NCBI GenBank assembly: GCA_004524535.1
Contig: SDNY01000033.1
Coordinates: forward strand, 1 to 32,425
From: Promethearchaeota archaeon
GTDB taxonomy: Archaea > Asgardarchaeota > Lokiarchaeia > Sigyniarchaeales > SOKP01
Direction of reading: 5' to 3'
Length of the DNA stretch: 32,425 nt
In this document: piece after piece, positions 1 to 10,096 of the stretch
Numbering within the stretch: the first letter of the stretch is position 1
Layout of the letters: every line of letters starts with the position of its first letter
Notes under the pieces: model-generated
Databases searched by the model: none
Seen by the model: the letters and a program-made list of their open reading frames with translations, nothing else
What the model was told of the DNA's origin: nothing
Position numbers and translations under genes: made by a program

Positions 1-185
1 TTATAATGTTAATTCTAACTTTCGTTTTGATTACCGATCAATCCCTTTATTATCCGGGATTAAAATAAAGAGTTACAGAAACTTTAGAGAAAAAAAACCT
101 TGCGTTTTAATAATTTAAAACATTGTTTTAATAGTAAGACATAAACAAAAAAAAAAGATTTAAAAAGCAATTCAGTTGAAAAATT

Positions 186-1139
186 GTGCCTTTTTGCGAA
201 TATTGTGGAGAGGAAATTGGTTATTTACCTTTTAAGTGTAAATATTGTAGTGGAACTTTTTGTAAGAAACATCGTTTGCCTGAAAACCACGATTGTACCT
301 TTGAACTAAAACACTCTCCACTTGTACCTGATACTTCGAGAGAGGCACGTCCCCTTTATCAAGATGCTATTACATTAAAGCCAGCTTCTCAAGATTACGA
401 TGCTAAATGGGAAAAAGAAGGGAGAAAATACATAAAGCAACAAGAACGGCAAAAAAGGCAGTCAATGAGGAGTTTTGAGAGAGGCTTGACTGGAACGGGA
501 GAAAATAAGGGCACAAATTTCCTAATAATCATGATAGTTATTTTTTCTATTACAGCAACTATTTTTGATTTGGTTGGAATTCCGCAATATATTGCTTTTA
601 GTCTTTTTGGTATTTTAAACTTATATTTATGGACGATATTTACAGCAATTTTTGTAAGTTACTCTTCAGATCTATTTAGTCTGTTTTTCCTATTAATTTT
701 AATATTGTTTCTATATAACATTGCAAAAAATATTGAAATGAGATTTGGAACAAATTTTTTAATTAAATTGTATGTATTTTGTGCTTCCATAACGGCTGGA
801 TTTTATATTTTAATTAGGTTAGCGATAAGTTTTATTTACCCTCTTAATAATATTTTATTTATTATACCCATAGGATTAGCTTTTGGAGGAATATTTGGAT
901 TAATTTCATTTATCATCTATTTCAATCCAAATAGTGAAATGATGTTATTCTGTTTTTTTATTCCCGTAAAAATGAAAGGAAGAACATTATTACTTGTTTT
1001 AATACTTTTCAGAGTAATTCCAGGGGTACTTTTCAGTTTATTTTATGGACCTGCTTTTCTTGCTATTTATCTTCCTGATTTAGGAGGGATTTTAGCATCG
1101 TATCTTATATTTAAGGTAAAATATAAACCTCGTTATTAA
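186..1139 (+). CDS. AN1-type zinc finger fused to a rhomboid-superfamily membrane domain, probably a pseudoprotease
   Basis: N-terminal CEYC..LPFKCKYCSGTFCKKHRLPENHDC is an AN1 finger. About 6 hydrophobic segments follow, with rhomboid-like LWTIFTAIF and F-IPVK motifs. The catalytic GxSG and HxxG positions read LAFG and DLGG. Confidence 0.75.
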   Translation: MPFCEYCGEEIGYLPFKCKYCSGTFCKKHRLPENHDCTFELKHSPLVPDTSREARPLYQDAITLKPASQDYDAKWEKEGRKYIKQQERQKRQSMRSFERGLTGTGENKGTNFLIIMIVIFSITATIFDLVGIPQYIAFSLFGILNLYLWTIFTAIFVSYSSDLFSLFFLLILILFLYNIAKNIEMRFGTNFLIKLYVFCASITAGFYILIRLAISFIYPLNNILFIIPIGLAFGGIFGLISFIIYFNPNSEMMLFCFFIPVKMKGRTLLLVLILFRVIPGVLFSLFYGPAFLAIYLPDLGGILASYLIFKVKYKPRY

Positions 1140-1142
1140 ATA

Positions 1143-1808
1143 ATGCCAGAAAAAGAAAAAGTCTCTAAAATTATAGAATTGAATGAGGATTTAATAGAGA
1201 ATAACGAGAGATTAGCCAATGAAAATAATCAAACTCTAAAAAAATACAATATTAAATCTTTCGATATCGTAGGAGCGATAGGTGCTGGTAAAACAGCAAT
1301 TTTAGAAATTTTATCTGAAAAATTATCAAAAAAATATAAAATTTTAGTCATAAATGGAGATGTTGCGACTAGAATAGATGCAGATAGAATTGAGCAACAT
1401 GGTGTAAAAACAATACAGGTTAATACTGGACGGGAATGTGCCCTAAATTCTTATCATATTTCTCAGGTCATAAAAAATATTGATCTAAAAGATTATGAGA
1501 ATGGTATTCTTTTCATTGAGAATGTAGGTAATTTGATATGTCCCTCTGATTTTATTTTAGGTGCTGAAAGTAGAATTGTCATAGTTTCAATCACGGAGGG
1601 CCCATGGGTTGTTCGTAAACATCCATTATTATTTAAAATGTCTGATATTGCTGTTATAAATAAAATTGATTTATTGGACATAATAGATGTTAATTTAGAA
1701 GAGATGATTAATGATGCTAAAGAAATAAATCCCAATCTTAAAATAATAGCCACCGGTGCTAAAACGGGAGAAAATATTTCCAAGCTCATAGAAGCTTTAG
1801 AACTTTAA
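1143..1808 (+). CDS. hypB: Hydrogenase nickel-incorporation GTPase HypB
   Basis: Motifs GAIGAGKT, GDVATRIDA, NTGRECAL, ENVGNLICP, SITEG and NKIDL. Confidence 0.92.
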   Translation: MPEKEKVSKIIELNEDLIENNERLANENNQTLKKYNIKSFDIVGAIGAGKTAILEILSEKLSKKYKILVINGDVATRIDADRIEQHGVKTIQVNTGRECALNSYHISQVIKNIDLKDYENGILFIENVGNLICPSDFILGAESRIVIVSITEGPWVVRKHPLLFKMSDIAVINKIDLLDIIDVNLEEMINDAKEINPNLKIIATGAKTGENISKLIEALEL

Positions 1809-1884
1809 ATTTTACAACCTAAATAATAATAAAAAGCAAAGAACATAATATTATTATAATTAAAAAATAAAATGTAAATTTACT

Positions 1885-2298
1885 ATGTCGATAAGACTAT
1901 ACAATACTGAATTACAAACTCTAATTGATAAAATAGTAAAAGTATATTGTGATGACGATAAATATTTTGTTGGTCAATTAAAAGGAGTTTCAGAGGATTC
2001 AAACCTTATTTTGGTAAATGTTAAAAATGAAAAGAGCAAGGAATTTCCAAAAATACTCTTAAAAAGCTCATTTTATAATTATGTAAGTGTGGAAGAAGAA
2101 CCATTTCCAATGCAAGCGTTGGCGGAAAGGATTTCAAAAATATTTTCCAAAGGACATGTGAACTATATTCCAGAACAAAATGTTATTTCAATTTTAAACG
2201 GAAAAATTATTGTAGACGAAAATGGAGTTAGGGGGTCTGGACCATCTGCAGATAGGGTCAAGAAAATATTTGAACAATTCAAAATGGACCTTGAATAA
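1885..2298 (+). CDS. Lsm/Sm-like RNA-binding protein with C-terminal domain (SmAP3-like)
   Basis: Sm1-like LIDKIVKVYCDDDKYFVGQLKGVSEDSNLILVNV, plus a C-terminal extension ending GVRGSGPSADRVKKIFE as in augmented archaeal Sm proteins. Confidence 0.75.
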   Translation: MSIRLYNTELQTLIDKIVKVYCDDDKYFVGQLKGVSEDSNLILVNVKNEKSKEFPKILLKSSFYNYVSVEEEPFPMQALAERISKIFSKGHVNYIPEQNVISILNGKIIVDENGVRGSGPSADRVKKIFEQFKMDLE

Positions 2299-2330
2299 AA
2301 ATTTTTAATTTTTAATTTTTTACTTTTTAC

Positions 2331-2840
2331 TTATAACTTTCTATCCTTGAAAATCTCAAGTAAATTTTTTAATTGAATATTTTGAATAATATTTTTGAGT
2401 GCAGCTTTCCCTAAGGGAGTAATTTTTACAAGTTCAAGGTCGTCTATGCTAATTTTCCTTAGATAATCGTTTTCAATTAAAAATTTAACGTCAGAACTCC
2501 ATACTTCAGAGAAAATCTCTTTTAAATCATCAACCTTGATATTTTCATCAACTTCTTTGCTTAGAGCTACAATTAAAGCAAGAGTTCCATATTGACTAGG
2601 TGTAATATTATCGTCTTTTCCTTCAGAGGTTAAAACAAAATATTTTTGGTCTAAAAATTTAGTGGTTATGAGTTCAAAACCTACCTTTCTTAAATTAAGG
2701 TAAACCTCATTAATGATTTGATCAAAATTTGAGCCTTCGCATAAATTCTTGAGGTCTTCTTCCCTTATCATTTTTTGCTGATTTGTTAAAATTAGTTTCG
2801 TGATCTTTGTCACAATTTGATTAAAATTCTCTTTTTCCAT
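2331..2840 (-). CDS. Tandem winged-helix protein, KITE-like (ScpB/MukE/Nse1/Nse3-like)
   Basis: 169 aa with two apparent WH units (ending LRKVGFELITTKFLDQKYFVL and FLIENDYLRKISIDDLELVKITPLGK) separated by ITPSQYGTLALIVAL. Lies 7 nt downstream of the SMC-like gene. Confidence 0.5.
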   Translation of the reverse strand: MEKENFNQIVTKITKLILTNQQKMIREEDLKNLCEGSNFDQIINEVYLNLRKVGFELITTKFLDQKYFVLTSEGKDDNITPSQYGTLALIVALSKEVDENIKVDDLKEIFSEVWSSDVKFLIENDYLRKISIDDLELVKITPLGKAALKNIIQNIQLKNLLEIFKDRKL

Positions 2841-2847
2841 GATTTAT

Positions 2848-4458
2848 TCAACTGGTTTCAATTTTTACGGTTTTTATATTTTCAATTGGATTCTTCATTT
2901 CTAAATTCGATATTATAAAAATTAAATTAAATTCCTTAAGATTATTCTCTTTTTCGAAGACTGGTAATATTTTTTGAATTGTTCGAAAAACAGAACCTCT
3001 TTTATTGTAAATTTTGGGTAAAAATAAATTTGAAAAGATAATACTCTTAAAACCTAAATGAATTTGAATTGAGATATAAAACATAATTACAAAAAAAACC
3101 TTTTCAGGTGTAGTTAACTCTTCAAATCCTAAACTCTCTTTACTAGATCGAATAAATTCCAAATTAACAGAAAAATCTTTATAATCACTACTGATTTTTA
3201 TTTGAAAATGGATGGTTAAATTTATTTCAATTATGAATCTATTCAATAGTTCTTCAAAATTATTAATAAAAATTTCAATTTTTCTAAAATTTTTGACTGA
3301 ATCCTCGATCTCATTATTTTCAATAGAAATCAAGACATCATTTTCATTATTTTTAAAAATTTTATTGATTTCTGTCAATTTATTTTGAATTTTTATTAAA
3401 TTTTCAGGATTCTTATTGTCTAAATATTTATTAGATTCAGAAATCTCATTTAAATCGCTATCTATTCTTTGAATTTCATTTTCAATTTCCTGTGGAGGCT
3501 TTAAAAAATCCAATTCCTTATAGTCCATTTCTTCTATAAGATCCTCCTTATTATCCAAAACTTTTTTTTTTAATTCGATTTGTATGTTTTTTAAGCTTAG
3601 TTCATCATTTTTTATTTTATTAAGTAGTGTATTATAATCCTTCTCTAATATCTCATATTTAGGATTGATCTCATCAAATTTCAGTTCTGATTTATTTAAT
3701 TTTAATTTAGTCTGGTTTATTTGATATTGGAAATCTTTAGCTTGTTTTTGTAAATCTTTAATTATTTCGGATTTAGATTTAGATGAGGTATTTTCATCTT
3801 CCAATTTGAGATCTAAATTATTTTTTTGAGTATTTTCACTCATTTGTCTAGTGATTCTATTAATTTGGCTAAAAGCTTCTTTTTTCTTAATATTTAACTC
3901 TTTAATTTCTGAATTAAACTTGTTTAATGTATTTTGTATTTGATCTCTCTGATTTTTAAGAAATAAGAAATCCTTTTCTCGGTATTTTAATTTTTTATTA
4001 TTTTCTTTTATACTTTCATTCAATTTGTTTAATAAGTCCGTTTTGGCAGCGATATCACTCGATTCTATTTTAATTTTTGATAATTCTAGTTCTTTCAATA
4101 ATTTTTTTTTTCTTTTTACAAGTATATTATAGTTTAATGCTAAGATTAATGATTGAACGATATTTCTATATTGAACAATTAGTTTTGAATTATAATTAGC
4201 AATTTTTCGATATTCACTAAAGTGTCGAAGCAATTTTAGAGATTTATTCAAATCTCTATACTCTTCAGATTGATTTTCAAAAATTTTAATCAAATTTTCA
4301 ATAGGAATTGTGTTAAAATCCTTTAAAATTTCTAATATATTGCTTTTTTGAAGTATTTTTAATCCTTCTTTATTGAATTTCCCTAGTATTAGTGTAAACC
4401 TATCTTTTATTTGTATCTCACGTTCTCCTATTGAAATCTTAGATAATATCGATGTTAT
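2848..4458 (-). CDS. Short SMC/Rad50-like coiled-coil protein with degenerate ABC-ATPase head; start extended to an ATA codon at 4458
   Basis: The frame stays open 55 codons upstream of the listed TTG (4293) and encodes ITSILSKISIGEREIQIKDRFTLILGKFNKEGLKILQKSNILEIL, like an SMC N-terminal strand/P-loop region. A long coiled coil follows. C-terminal EELTTPEKVFFVIMFYISIQ..IIFSNL sits where LSGGE and Walker B would be. Confidence 0.6.
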   Translation of the reverse strand: MTSILSKISIGEREIQIKDRFTLILGKFNKEGLKILQKSNILEILKDFNTIPIENLIKIFENQSEEYRDLNKSLKLLRHFSEYRKIANYNSKLIVQYRNIVQSLILALNYNILVKRKKKLLKELELSKIKIESSDIAAKTDLLNKLNESIKENNKKLKYREKDFLFLKNQRDQIQNTLNKFNSEIKELNIKKKEAFSQINRITRQMSENTQKNNLDLKLEDENTSSKSKSEIIKDLQKQAKDFQYQINQTKLKLNKSELKFDEINPKYEILEKDYNTLLNKIKNDELSLKNIQIELKKKVLDNKEDLIEEMDYKELDFLKPPQEIENEIQRIDSDLNEISESNKYLDNKNPENLIKIQNKLTEINKIFKNNENDVLISIENNEIEDSVKNFRKIEIFINNFEELLNRFIIEINLTIHFQIKISSDYKDFSVNLEFIRSSKESLGFEELTTPEKVFFVIMFYISIQIHLGFKSIIFSNLFLPKIYNKRGSVFRTIQKILPVFEKENNLKEFNLIFIISNLEMKNPIENIKTVKIETS

Positions 4459-4471
4459 TTAAAATCACGTC

Positions 4472-5512
4472 TTAATTTTCTTTATCTTCAAATTTTTTAA
4501 CAAATTCTTTATATTCTTTATCTTTCATTTCCTTTCTTTTTCTTATTAAATCTAAAGGATCTATTTCATCGTCTTTTTTAATTAAGAATTTCTCTTCAAA
4601 ATTATTTTCAAATTTAGATTTAAATTTTTCAATTTTCTCAGATACTTCTTCAGATATCTCAATTTTTTTATTTTTATTAGGGTTTTCTACGATATTGGAT
4701 AATTTTTCCCTTTTCTTCTTTCGCATTCTTCTTTTAAATTCTTTATCGGAGAATTTAAAATAATCTTCAAAGGATTGAAGTTGTCTTTCTTGTTTTTCTT
4801 TTAATATAGTTAAACTCGCATCTTCTTTGGTTTTTTCAATAAATCTTCTTTTAGTTTCTAGTTCTTTTTGCGTTGATTTGCTTTCAATATTTTGAATAAA
4901 TTCTTTAAAAGTGATAGGATTGCTATGAAAACTCTTCTCAAAATCCTTTATTAAATTAGGATCACTATTATTTGGGATTTTACTTAATTCTTGCTTAAGT
5001 CTTTTTTTAAGAAGTTCACTGTAATATTTTTCAACTTTTTTTAGAGTTGCCAAATATAAAGAATTTTGTTTTAGCGAATCTAATAAATCTAACCATTCAT
5101 CAAGCGTTAATGAAAATAAGAAAGAAGATTGGTAAATAATTTTACTAATTTTTTTATTTTCAATTAAATTAAGACCAATTTGTTTAATGTTATTACGATT
5201 TAAATTGGATTTTTTTAACTTATCAACAAAATCATCCTTATATTTTTTGATTAATTCGTCTTGAAAAAATATAAATTTACCAATATTCTCTTTCGAAACC
5301 TTAATTAGAGTATCATTAATATTTTTTAAAAGTTGATTTAATTCTTGAATTTGATTAATGAAATCTTGATCACTGAAATTTTTAATAGCATCATCTTTAT
5401 TTTCAATATATTCTTTGTAAATGCTTTCTAATCTGAACAAATTTCCTTGGAGAATTTCTACTGGAGTTGTAATTTCCTTTATTTTTTTAAAATTAAATAA
5501 TTGATTTTCCAT
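4472..5512 (-). CDS. Hypothetical helical/coiled-coil protein with highly charged C-terminus
   Basis: 346-aa ORF within a tightly spaced same-strand run; no recognisable catalytic motif. Confidence 0.8.
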   Translation of the reverse strand: MENQLFNFKKIKEITTPVEILQGNLFRLESIYKEYIENKDDAIKNFSDQDFINQIQELNQLLKNINDTLIKVSKENIGKFIFFQDELIKKYKDDFVDKLKKSNLNRNNIKQIGLNLIENKKISKIIYQSSFLFSLTLDEWLDLLDSLKQNSLYLATLKKVEKYYSELLKKRLKQELSKIPNNSDPNLIKDFEKSFHSNPITFKEFIQNIESKSTQKELETKRRFIEKTKEDASLTILKEKQERQLQSFEDYFKFSDKEFKRRMRKKKREKLSNIVENPNKNKKIEISEEVSEKIEKFKSKFENNFEEKFLIKKDDEIDPLDLIRKRKEMKDKEYKEFVKKFEDKEN

Positions 5513-5558
5513 AATACTTTACTTCAATAGATTTTCAAAAGTATTAATTTATAAAATT

Positions 5559-6650
5559 TTATATTTCTGGAGGGCCTTGTCCTTGCTTTTTATTTGAACC
5601 TTGTCTTGAACTACTTAATATATCTTGTGTTTCAACGTGGGATGCCGTTCCCCCTACAAGTTTTAATGACACATATAAAATTTCATATGTTAAAATTTCT
5701 GTATGCATTATTTTAAATAAAGCAACTTCAATACCTCTTTGAATATCTGAGCCTGTATAGCCATGCGTTATTTTCAATAATCCATCAATCTTATCATTTT
5801 TCTCTACTTCCTTCCAAAAAAGATCACCATCAAACTCTGATATTCTATGTCCCAATTTTTTTTCTAAATCATTTTCTATGGCTTCTATTTTTTTAAATTC
5901 ATCGTTTAATTTGAGTTGTATGGACTCATCTACTCCTATTTTAGTTTTTTTCACTTTTTGAATAAATAATTCAATGATTACTTTTCTTATACGATAATCT
6001 GGAAATTCAAAAGAAAGATGAAACGTAAATCTCCGCCAAATAGCAGAATCTAATAGATGTTGATGATTCGTAGCTCCTATTATAGCTAATGGATATCCTT
6101 CATAATTTATTCTATCTATAACTTGCAAAAATGAAATAACTGCTCTTTTTATTTCTCCCACTTCGTGTATGTTAGATCTTTCCGAACCAACCGCATCTAT
6201 TTCATCAAAAAACAAAATAAAAGCTCCTCTTTCACTTGCTATGTCTGCAGCTAACTCAACAACTCTCGTAATACTTTTAATAGTATCTCCTAGTAATGGA
6301 GATATAAGCCGATTTGATTCCACTATACAAACGGGAATTTTATATTCCTTAGCAAAGGCTCTAGTAAGTGTAGTTTTACCTGTACCAGGAGGGCCATAGA
6401 GTAAAATGGTTAAATTTGGAATTAAATTCGCTTTTTTTAACTGCTCTTTAATATCATCATATTTTTTTAAACCTTTAAAAAAATCCTCTAATAATTCTTT
6501 TTGCACTTCATTTCCAATAATATCTTCTATAGAATCTTTCACATCTGAAGGAAAATATACTGCTCCAAATCTTCCTAGAAGTTCTTTTATATTATCATCT
6601 GTATATTTAAGGCGTTCCTCAGCCTCTTCCTCATTAGTCGAATTCCTCAT
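5559..6650 (-). CDS. Single-domain classical AAA+ ATPase
   Basis: Walker A GPPGTGKT, Walker B LFFDEID, sensor-1 GATN, second region of homology LDSAIWRRF, GYTGSDI. GGTGA ribosome-binding site upstream. Confidence 0.92.
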   Translation of the reverse strand: MRNSTNEEEAEERLKYTDDNIKELLGRFGAVYFPSDVKDSIEDIIGNEVQKELLEDFFKGLKKYDDIKEQLKKANLIPNLTILLYGPPGTGKTTLTRAFAKEYKIPVCIVESNRLISPLLGDTIKSITRVVELAADIASERGAFILFFDEIDAVGSERSNIHEVGEIKRAVISFLQVIDRINYEGYPLAIIGATNHQHLLDSAIWRRFTFHLSFEFPDYRIRKVIIELFIQKVKKTKIGVDESIQLKLNDEFKKIEAIENDLEKKLGHRISEFDGDLFWKEVEKNDKIDGLLKITHGYTGSDIQRGIEVALFKIMHTEILTYEILYVSLKLVGGTASHVETQDILSSSRQGSNKKQGQGPPEI

Positions 6651-6673
6651 TTTTAATCACCATAGCTTTTTAA

Positions 6674-7939
6674 TTATTTATTTTTTCTTTCTTTTTCAAT
6701 TTTTTTACAATAAATTGCGATTTCATTAATAAAATCTTTGAGATTATCAATTTGAGAACCGATAAAATTAAAAATTTCCTTCCTATATTGAGGAGAATCT
6801 CTAATTTTCATTTTATCTAATCCTAGATAATTAGGGAAGCAAGCAAGCTTCATTAAATAAGGTAAAACTTTTTCATTTGTTTGTAAGTCTTTGAAAATAG
6901 AATAAAAAATATTTTCGTCTGTTAATTTCCACTTTAAAATCCCCATATAAATTAAAAACGCAAAATTCATGGAGATCCAATTAATTAATTCTTTTGATAA
7001 AAATCCACGCCTCATTGATGCGAAAGCTAAATAGTATAAAATTAACGTTTCATTACTAAATTGAGGGATTAATCTAATTGTTCCATCCGATTGTTTACTC
7101 TCACGAAAAAAATTATTTTTGAGAAAAATATCGACTGTTTCTTGTTGGGGAGATAAAAAAATTCCATCCAAAATACGGAGACCTATTCGTTCAGCAAGGC
7201 TCTCAATAGCTTCTTCTTCTGGATTAGCAATCGAATCTATATAAGCTGAAAAAATCTCATTTTTTAAAACCATAGGAATTTCATAATTTTCTTTTTCTGG
7301 GAATTCTCCAAAATTAGGATCCAAATTATATAAAGAAGTAATATTATTGATAATTTGATATACTTTAGGAGACAATCCAGGTATAACAAAAAAATCAGGA
7401 TTTTCTAATTTTTCTCGATAATAAGTATGGGGCATTAATAAATGTCTCTGACATTCATAATAGTTTGCGGAATTTTTGAGTAGGTTCTCATAAATAATTT
7501 GTATACTACTACCTCTTGAAAAAATAGTTTGTTCGATAAATTTAACCAACTGGAATAAATATGTATTCTCGATATTTCTTTGATCAGGATTCGTAATATT
7601 TTGCAAAACTTTTAACGCATCAATTGATTCATATAGGAATTCTACAATATAATCCTTGATATCAATGATTGGAATATCCTCTCTATATTTAACAATGAAA
7701 TCTTTGATAATTTCGTAAACATTAGTTCTATACATCGCTGAAAATTCCGATAGTGCCCTAACTTTTCTAATATTTCTCTTTTCTTCTTCTTGACGGATTT
7801 TATCGAGGACTTCTATATCTAATAAAAGGTCTGGATCTAAGTTTAAAATGATTCTTCTCGTTTCTCTTAGTATCGGCCTCATATGACTGATAAATGTCAT
7901 ATATCTCGGTAATATGTCAGTCCACTTCTCCCGAACCAA
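6674..7939 (-). CDS. Hypothetical protein
   Basis: 421-aa ORF with TTG start preceded by AGGAG; operon context. Confidence 0.82.
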   Translation of the reverse strand: MVREKWTDILPRYMTFISHMRPILRETRRIILNLDPDLLLDIEVLDKIRQEEEKRNIRKVRALSEFSAMYRTNVYEIIKDFIVKYREDIPIIDIKDYIVEFLYESIDALKVLQNITNPDQRNIENTYLFQLVKFIEQTIFSRGSSIQIIYENLLKNSANYYECQRHLLMPHTYYREKLENPDFFVIPGLSPKVYQIINNITSLYNLDPNFGEFPEKENYEIPMVLKNEIFSAYIDSIANPEEEAIESLAERIGLRILDGIFLSPQQETVDIFLKNNFFRESKQSDGTIRLIPQFSNETLILYYLAFASMRRGFLSKELINWISMNFAFLIYMGILKWKLTDENIFYSIFKDLQTNEKVLPYLMKLACFPNYLGLDKMKIRDSPQYRKEIFNFIGSQIDNLKDFINEIAIYCKKIEKERKNK

Positions 7940-7955
7940 ATCTTTTCTCCTCTTT

Positions 7956-9107
7956 TTATTCTGTATCGGTACCTACAGTAATTTCAGTAAATATATTAGC
8001 AATTTCAACGAAAATGGGAATCTCAACACGACAAAGGTTCCCAAGGATCCACTTATTCACGTCACGAAGAAGAAAACGTATTTGTGTATGAATTTTCTTA
8101 TTAATTTCTGACCCTATTATTTTCGATAACCATAACCCCCCACCTATCCTGTACGCTATTATTTTAATAAGCGGTTCAAAAAGTGGCTCCAAAACTTGTT
8201 TCAACATCCATGATTTAGGAATTACACTCATATTTTGATTATCAAATGAAGGATCTCTCAATATTGGATTAGTTTCATCAATAGATAACTTAGGCATGAA
8301 CCCTAAAATTAGAATTAAAGCAAAAATAGCAGATATTCCATTAATTGTGTATGATCCTCCGATTTTTTCAAGATCATCACGATTAATAGCTACATTTGCT
8401 AAAAACATACAAATAAAAATGTTTCTATCAAAAGCTTCAGAGACATAAGCATATCCTAATTCATCATCAATTATTAAATACTTTTCTTCTAAAATTTTTA
8501 AAATAGCAGGAGGAAAAGTGTAAAAAGTATAAACTTTTTTTTCACTTCTTCTTTTATCCTTTTCAATTACCAGTTCTTTCGAAATCAAACCAAATAGATT
8601 CACTAATTCTTCCAATTGTTTTTGAATATAATGTCGTGGCTTATTCGGGTCTCCAAACATAGCAAAAAATTGATGGTCAACAATATGAAAATCGTTCCTC
8701 TTACTAAAAGCTTCAACCATCCTGTCGATGATAGGTCCTTGTGTACCCATAGCAATAGCTTTTGCTTTAGACGTAACAAATCCATTTAATAATTCGTTTA
8801 TAATAAAATCTTGCTCGTGAGTCCTTGATTTTAAGATTTTTTGAAAAGCCTCAGTAAAATCTTTAGTGTTAGGAAAGAAAGCATTTTGTATCTTATCATC
8901 AATAGATTTAAGAAAGATTGCGCCATTATTATTAGGAAAGTGGATTCGCATATTATTTAATCGCTGTAATAACGCTTCTCTCGCACCAGGAATGTTTTCA
9001 ACATCTCGTTCATTCACTTGCTCAATCGCTTTTTCAACACCTTTAATAAATTCTTGCTGCAATTCTTTCCAAGTAGGATCTTGTTGTTCACTCATTTTAA
9101 AAAGCAA
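7956..9107 (-). CDS. Hypothetical protein (alternative ATG start at 9095)
   Basis: 383-aa ORF in operon context; no recognised motif. Confidence 0.8.
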   Translation of the reverse strand: MLFKMSEQQDPTWKELQQEFIKGVEKAIEQVNERDVENIPGAREALLQRLNNMRIHFPNNNGAIFLKSIDDKIQNAFFPNTKDFTEAFQKILKSRTHEQDFIINELLNGFVTSKAKAIAMGTQGPIIDRMVEAFSKRNDFHIVDHQFFAMFGDPNKPRHYIQKQLEELVNLFGLISKELVIEKDKRRSEKKVYTFYTFPPAILKILEEKYLIIDDELGYAYVSEAFDRNIFICMFLANVAINRDDLEKIGGSYTINGISAIFALILILGFMPKLSIDETNPILRDPSFDNQNMSVIPKSWMLKQVLEPLFEPLIKIIAYRIGGGLWLSKIIGSEINKKIHTQIRFLLRDVNKWILGNLCRVEIPIFVEIANIFTEITVGTDTE

Positions 9108-9122
9108 ATTTTTTTTAATATT

Positions 9123-10094
9123 TTAATTAATATCCCAATTCAATTCATTTGCTACTTTTTTTAAAGCAGCAATTAATGATTTTAATAATTTCTTATCGTA
9201 AAAATTAGGAGATGCAACTCCTTTTTGAGCTTTCCAACCCATTTGTGCCCCTTCTCCCATTTCTCTTTGACCATATTTAACAATATTTTGCAAATCTCTT
9301 GACCACCAATAGAATCTAAGCCACTTCTTATTGGGATTATCTTTAGAATAAATTACTACTAAAGCTTTCCACTCTCCCATTAACCACTTCACGGTTATTC
9401 CAGCAATAGGCATATAGAAATTTATAGGAAAATCTCCTTGAAAATTAAGATCTAAATCTGAAGGGGCGATATTAAATATAGGCTGGTTATATCCTTCAAG
9501 AATAACAATTTCTCCACAATGCTGACATTCATAATGCGATTTCATTTTATCCATCTTTTTTTGACATTTAGGGCATGTCCTATTTTCAATAATTCGATAT
9601 TTTATGATATCTAATTTTTTTTCTTTTTCCTTTTGATCTTCAGTTTTAGAAGCTTTTTTTCTAAATTGCCCTTTAAAAGTCCAAAGATCATCGAAATCGC
9701 TATCTATTTTTTCTAAGGCTTTAATCATATTTTTAAGAACTTCTTTTTCATAAATTTTGAACATTCCCGCATGTTGATAAAACGATTTTTTCCACCAAGA
9801 TAATCTAACATACTTTTCACTTGTTAAATAAGGACTATGGCAAATTAACACACCAAACCACCTATTTGGTGTTTTATTAATAGTAATTCCTTTTTCACAT
9901 ACCTCGTATTGCTTATTTAAACTCACATTATTATGATAATATTCTCCATCTTGGAATTCGCCTTCTTCAATTTTTTTTTTTTCTTCAGCTTCAGATTCTT
10001 TATCTACTTCCTTCAATATTTTTTTACATTGAGGACATTGAAATATTCCCGAAACTAGCTGTTCCATCTTAATATTACACGAAGGACAATTCAA
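9123..10094 (-). CDS. Protein with two tandem repeats of a C4 zinc ribbon plus a beta-rich, Trp-containing domain
   Basis: CPSC..CPQC and CPKC..CQHC, each followed by a similar unit (GITI..W..YVRLSWWKK..LKNMIKALEKI versus GITV..W..WLRFYWWSR..LKSLIAALKKV). Confidence 0.8.
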   Translation of the reverse strand: MNCPSCNIKMEQLVSGIFQCPQCKKILKEVDKESEAEEKKKIEEGEFQDGEYYHNNVSLNKQYEVCEKGITINKTPNRWFGVLICHSPYLTSEKYVRLSWWKKSFYQHAGMFKIYEKEVLKNMIKALEKIDSDFDDLWTFKGQFRKKASKTEDQKEKEKKLDIIKYRIIENRTCPKCQKKMDKMKSHYECQHCGEIVILEGYNQPIFNIAPSDLDLNFQGDFPINFYMPIAGITVKWLMGEWKALVVIYSKDNPNKKWLRFYWWSRDLQNIVKYGQREMGEGAQMGWKAQKGVASPNFYDKKLLKSLIAALKKVANELNWDIN

Positions 10095-10096
10095 TT

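Noticed and set aside
1-118. Possible end of a gene entering from the left edge, and a small AATCCC/GGGATT hairpin
   Set aside because: Two plus-strand frames are open for short stretches, but there is too little sequence to choose one; a 6-bp stem is not significant.
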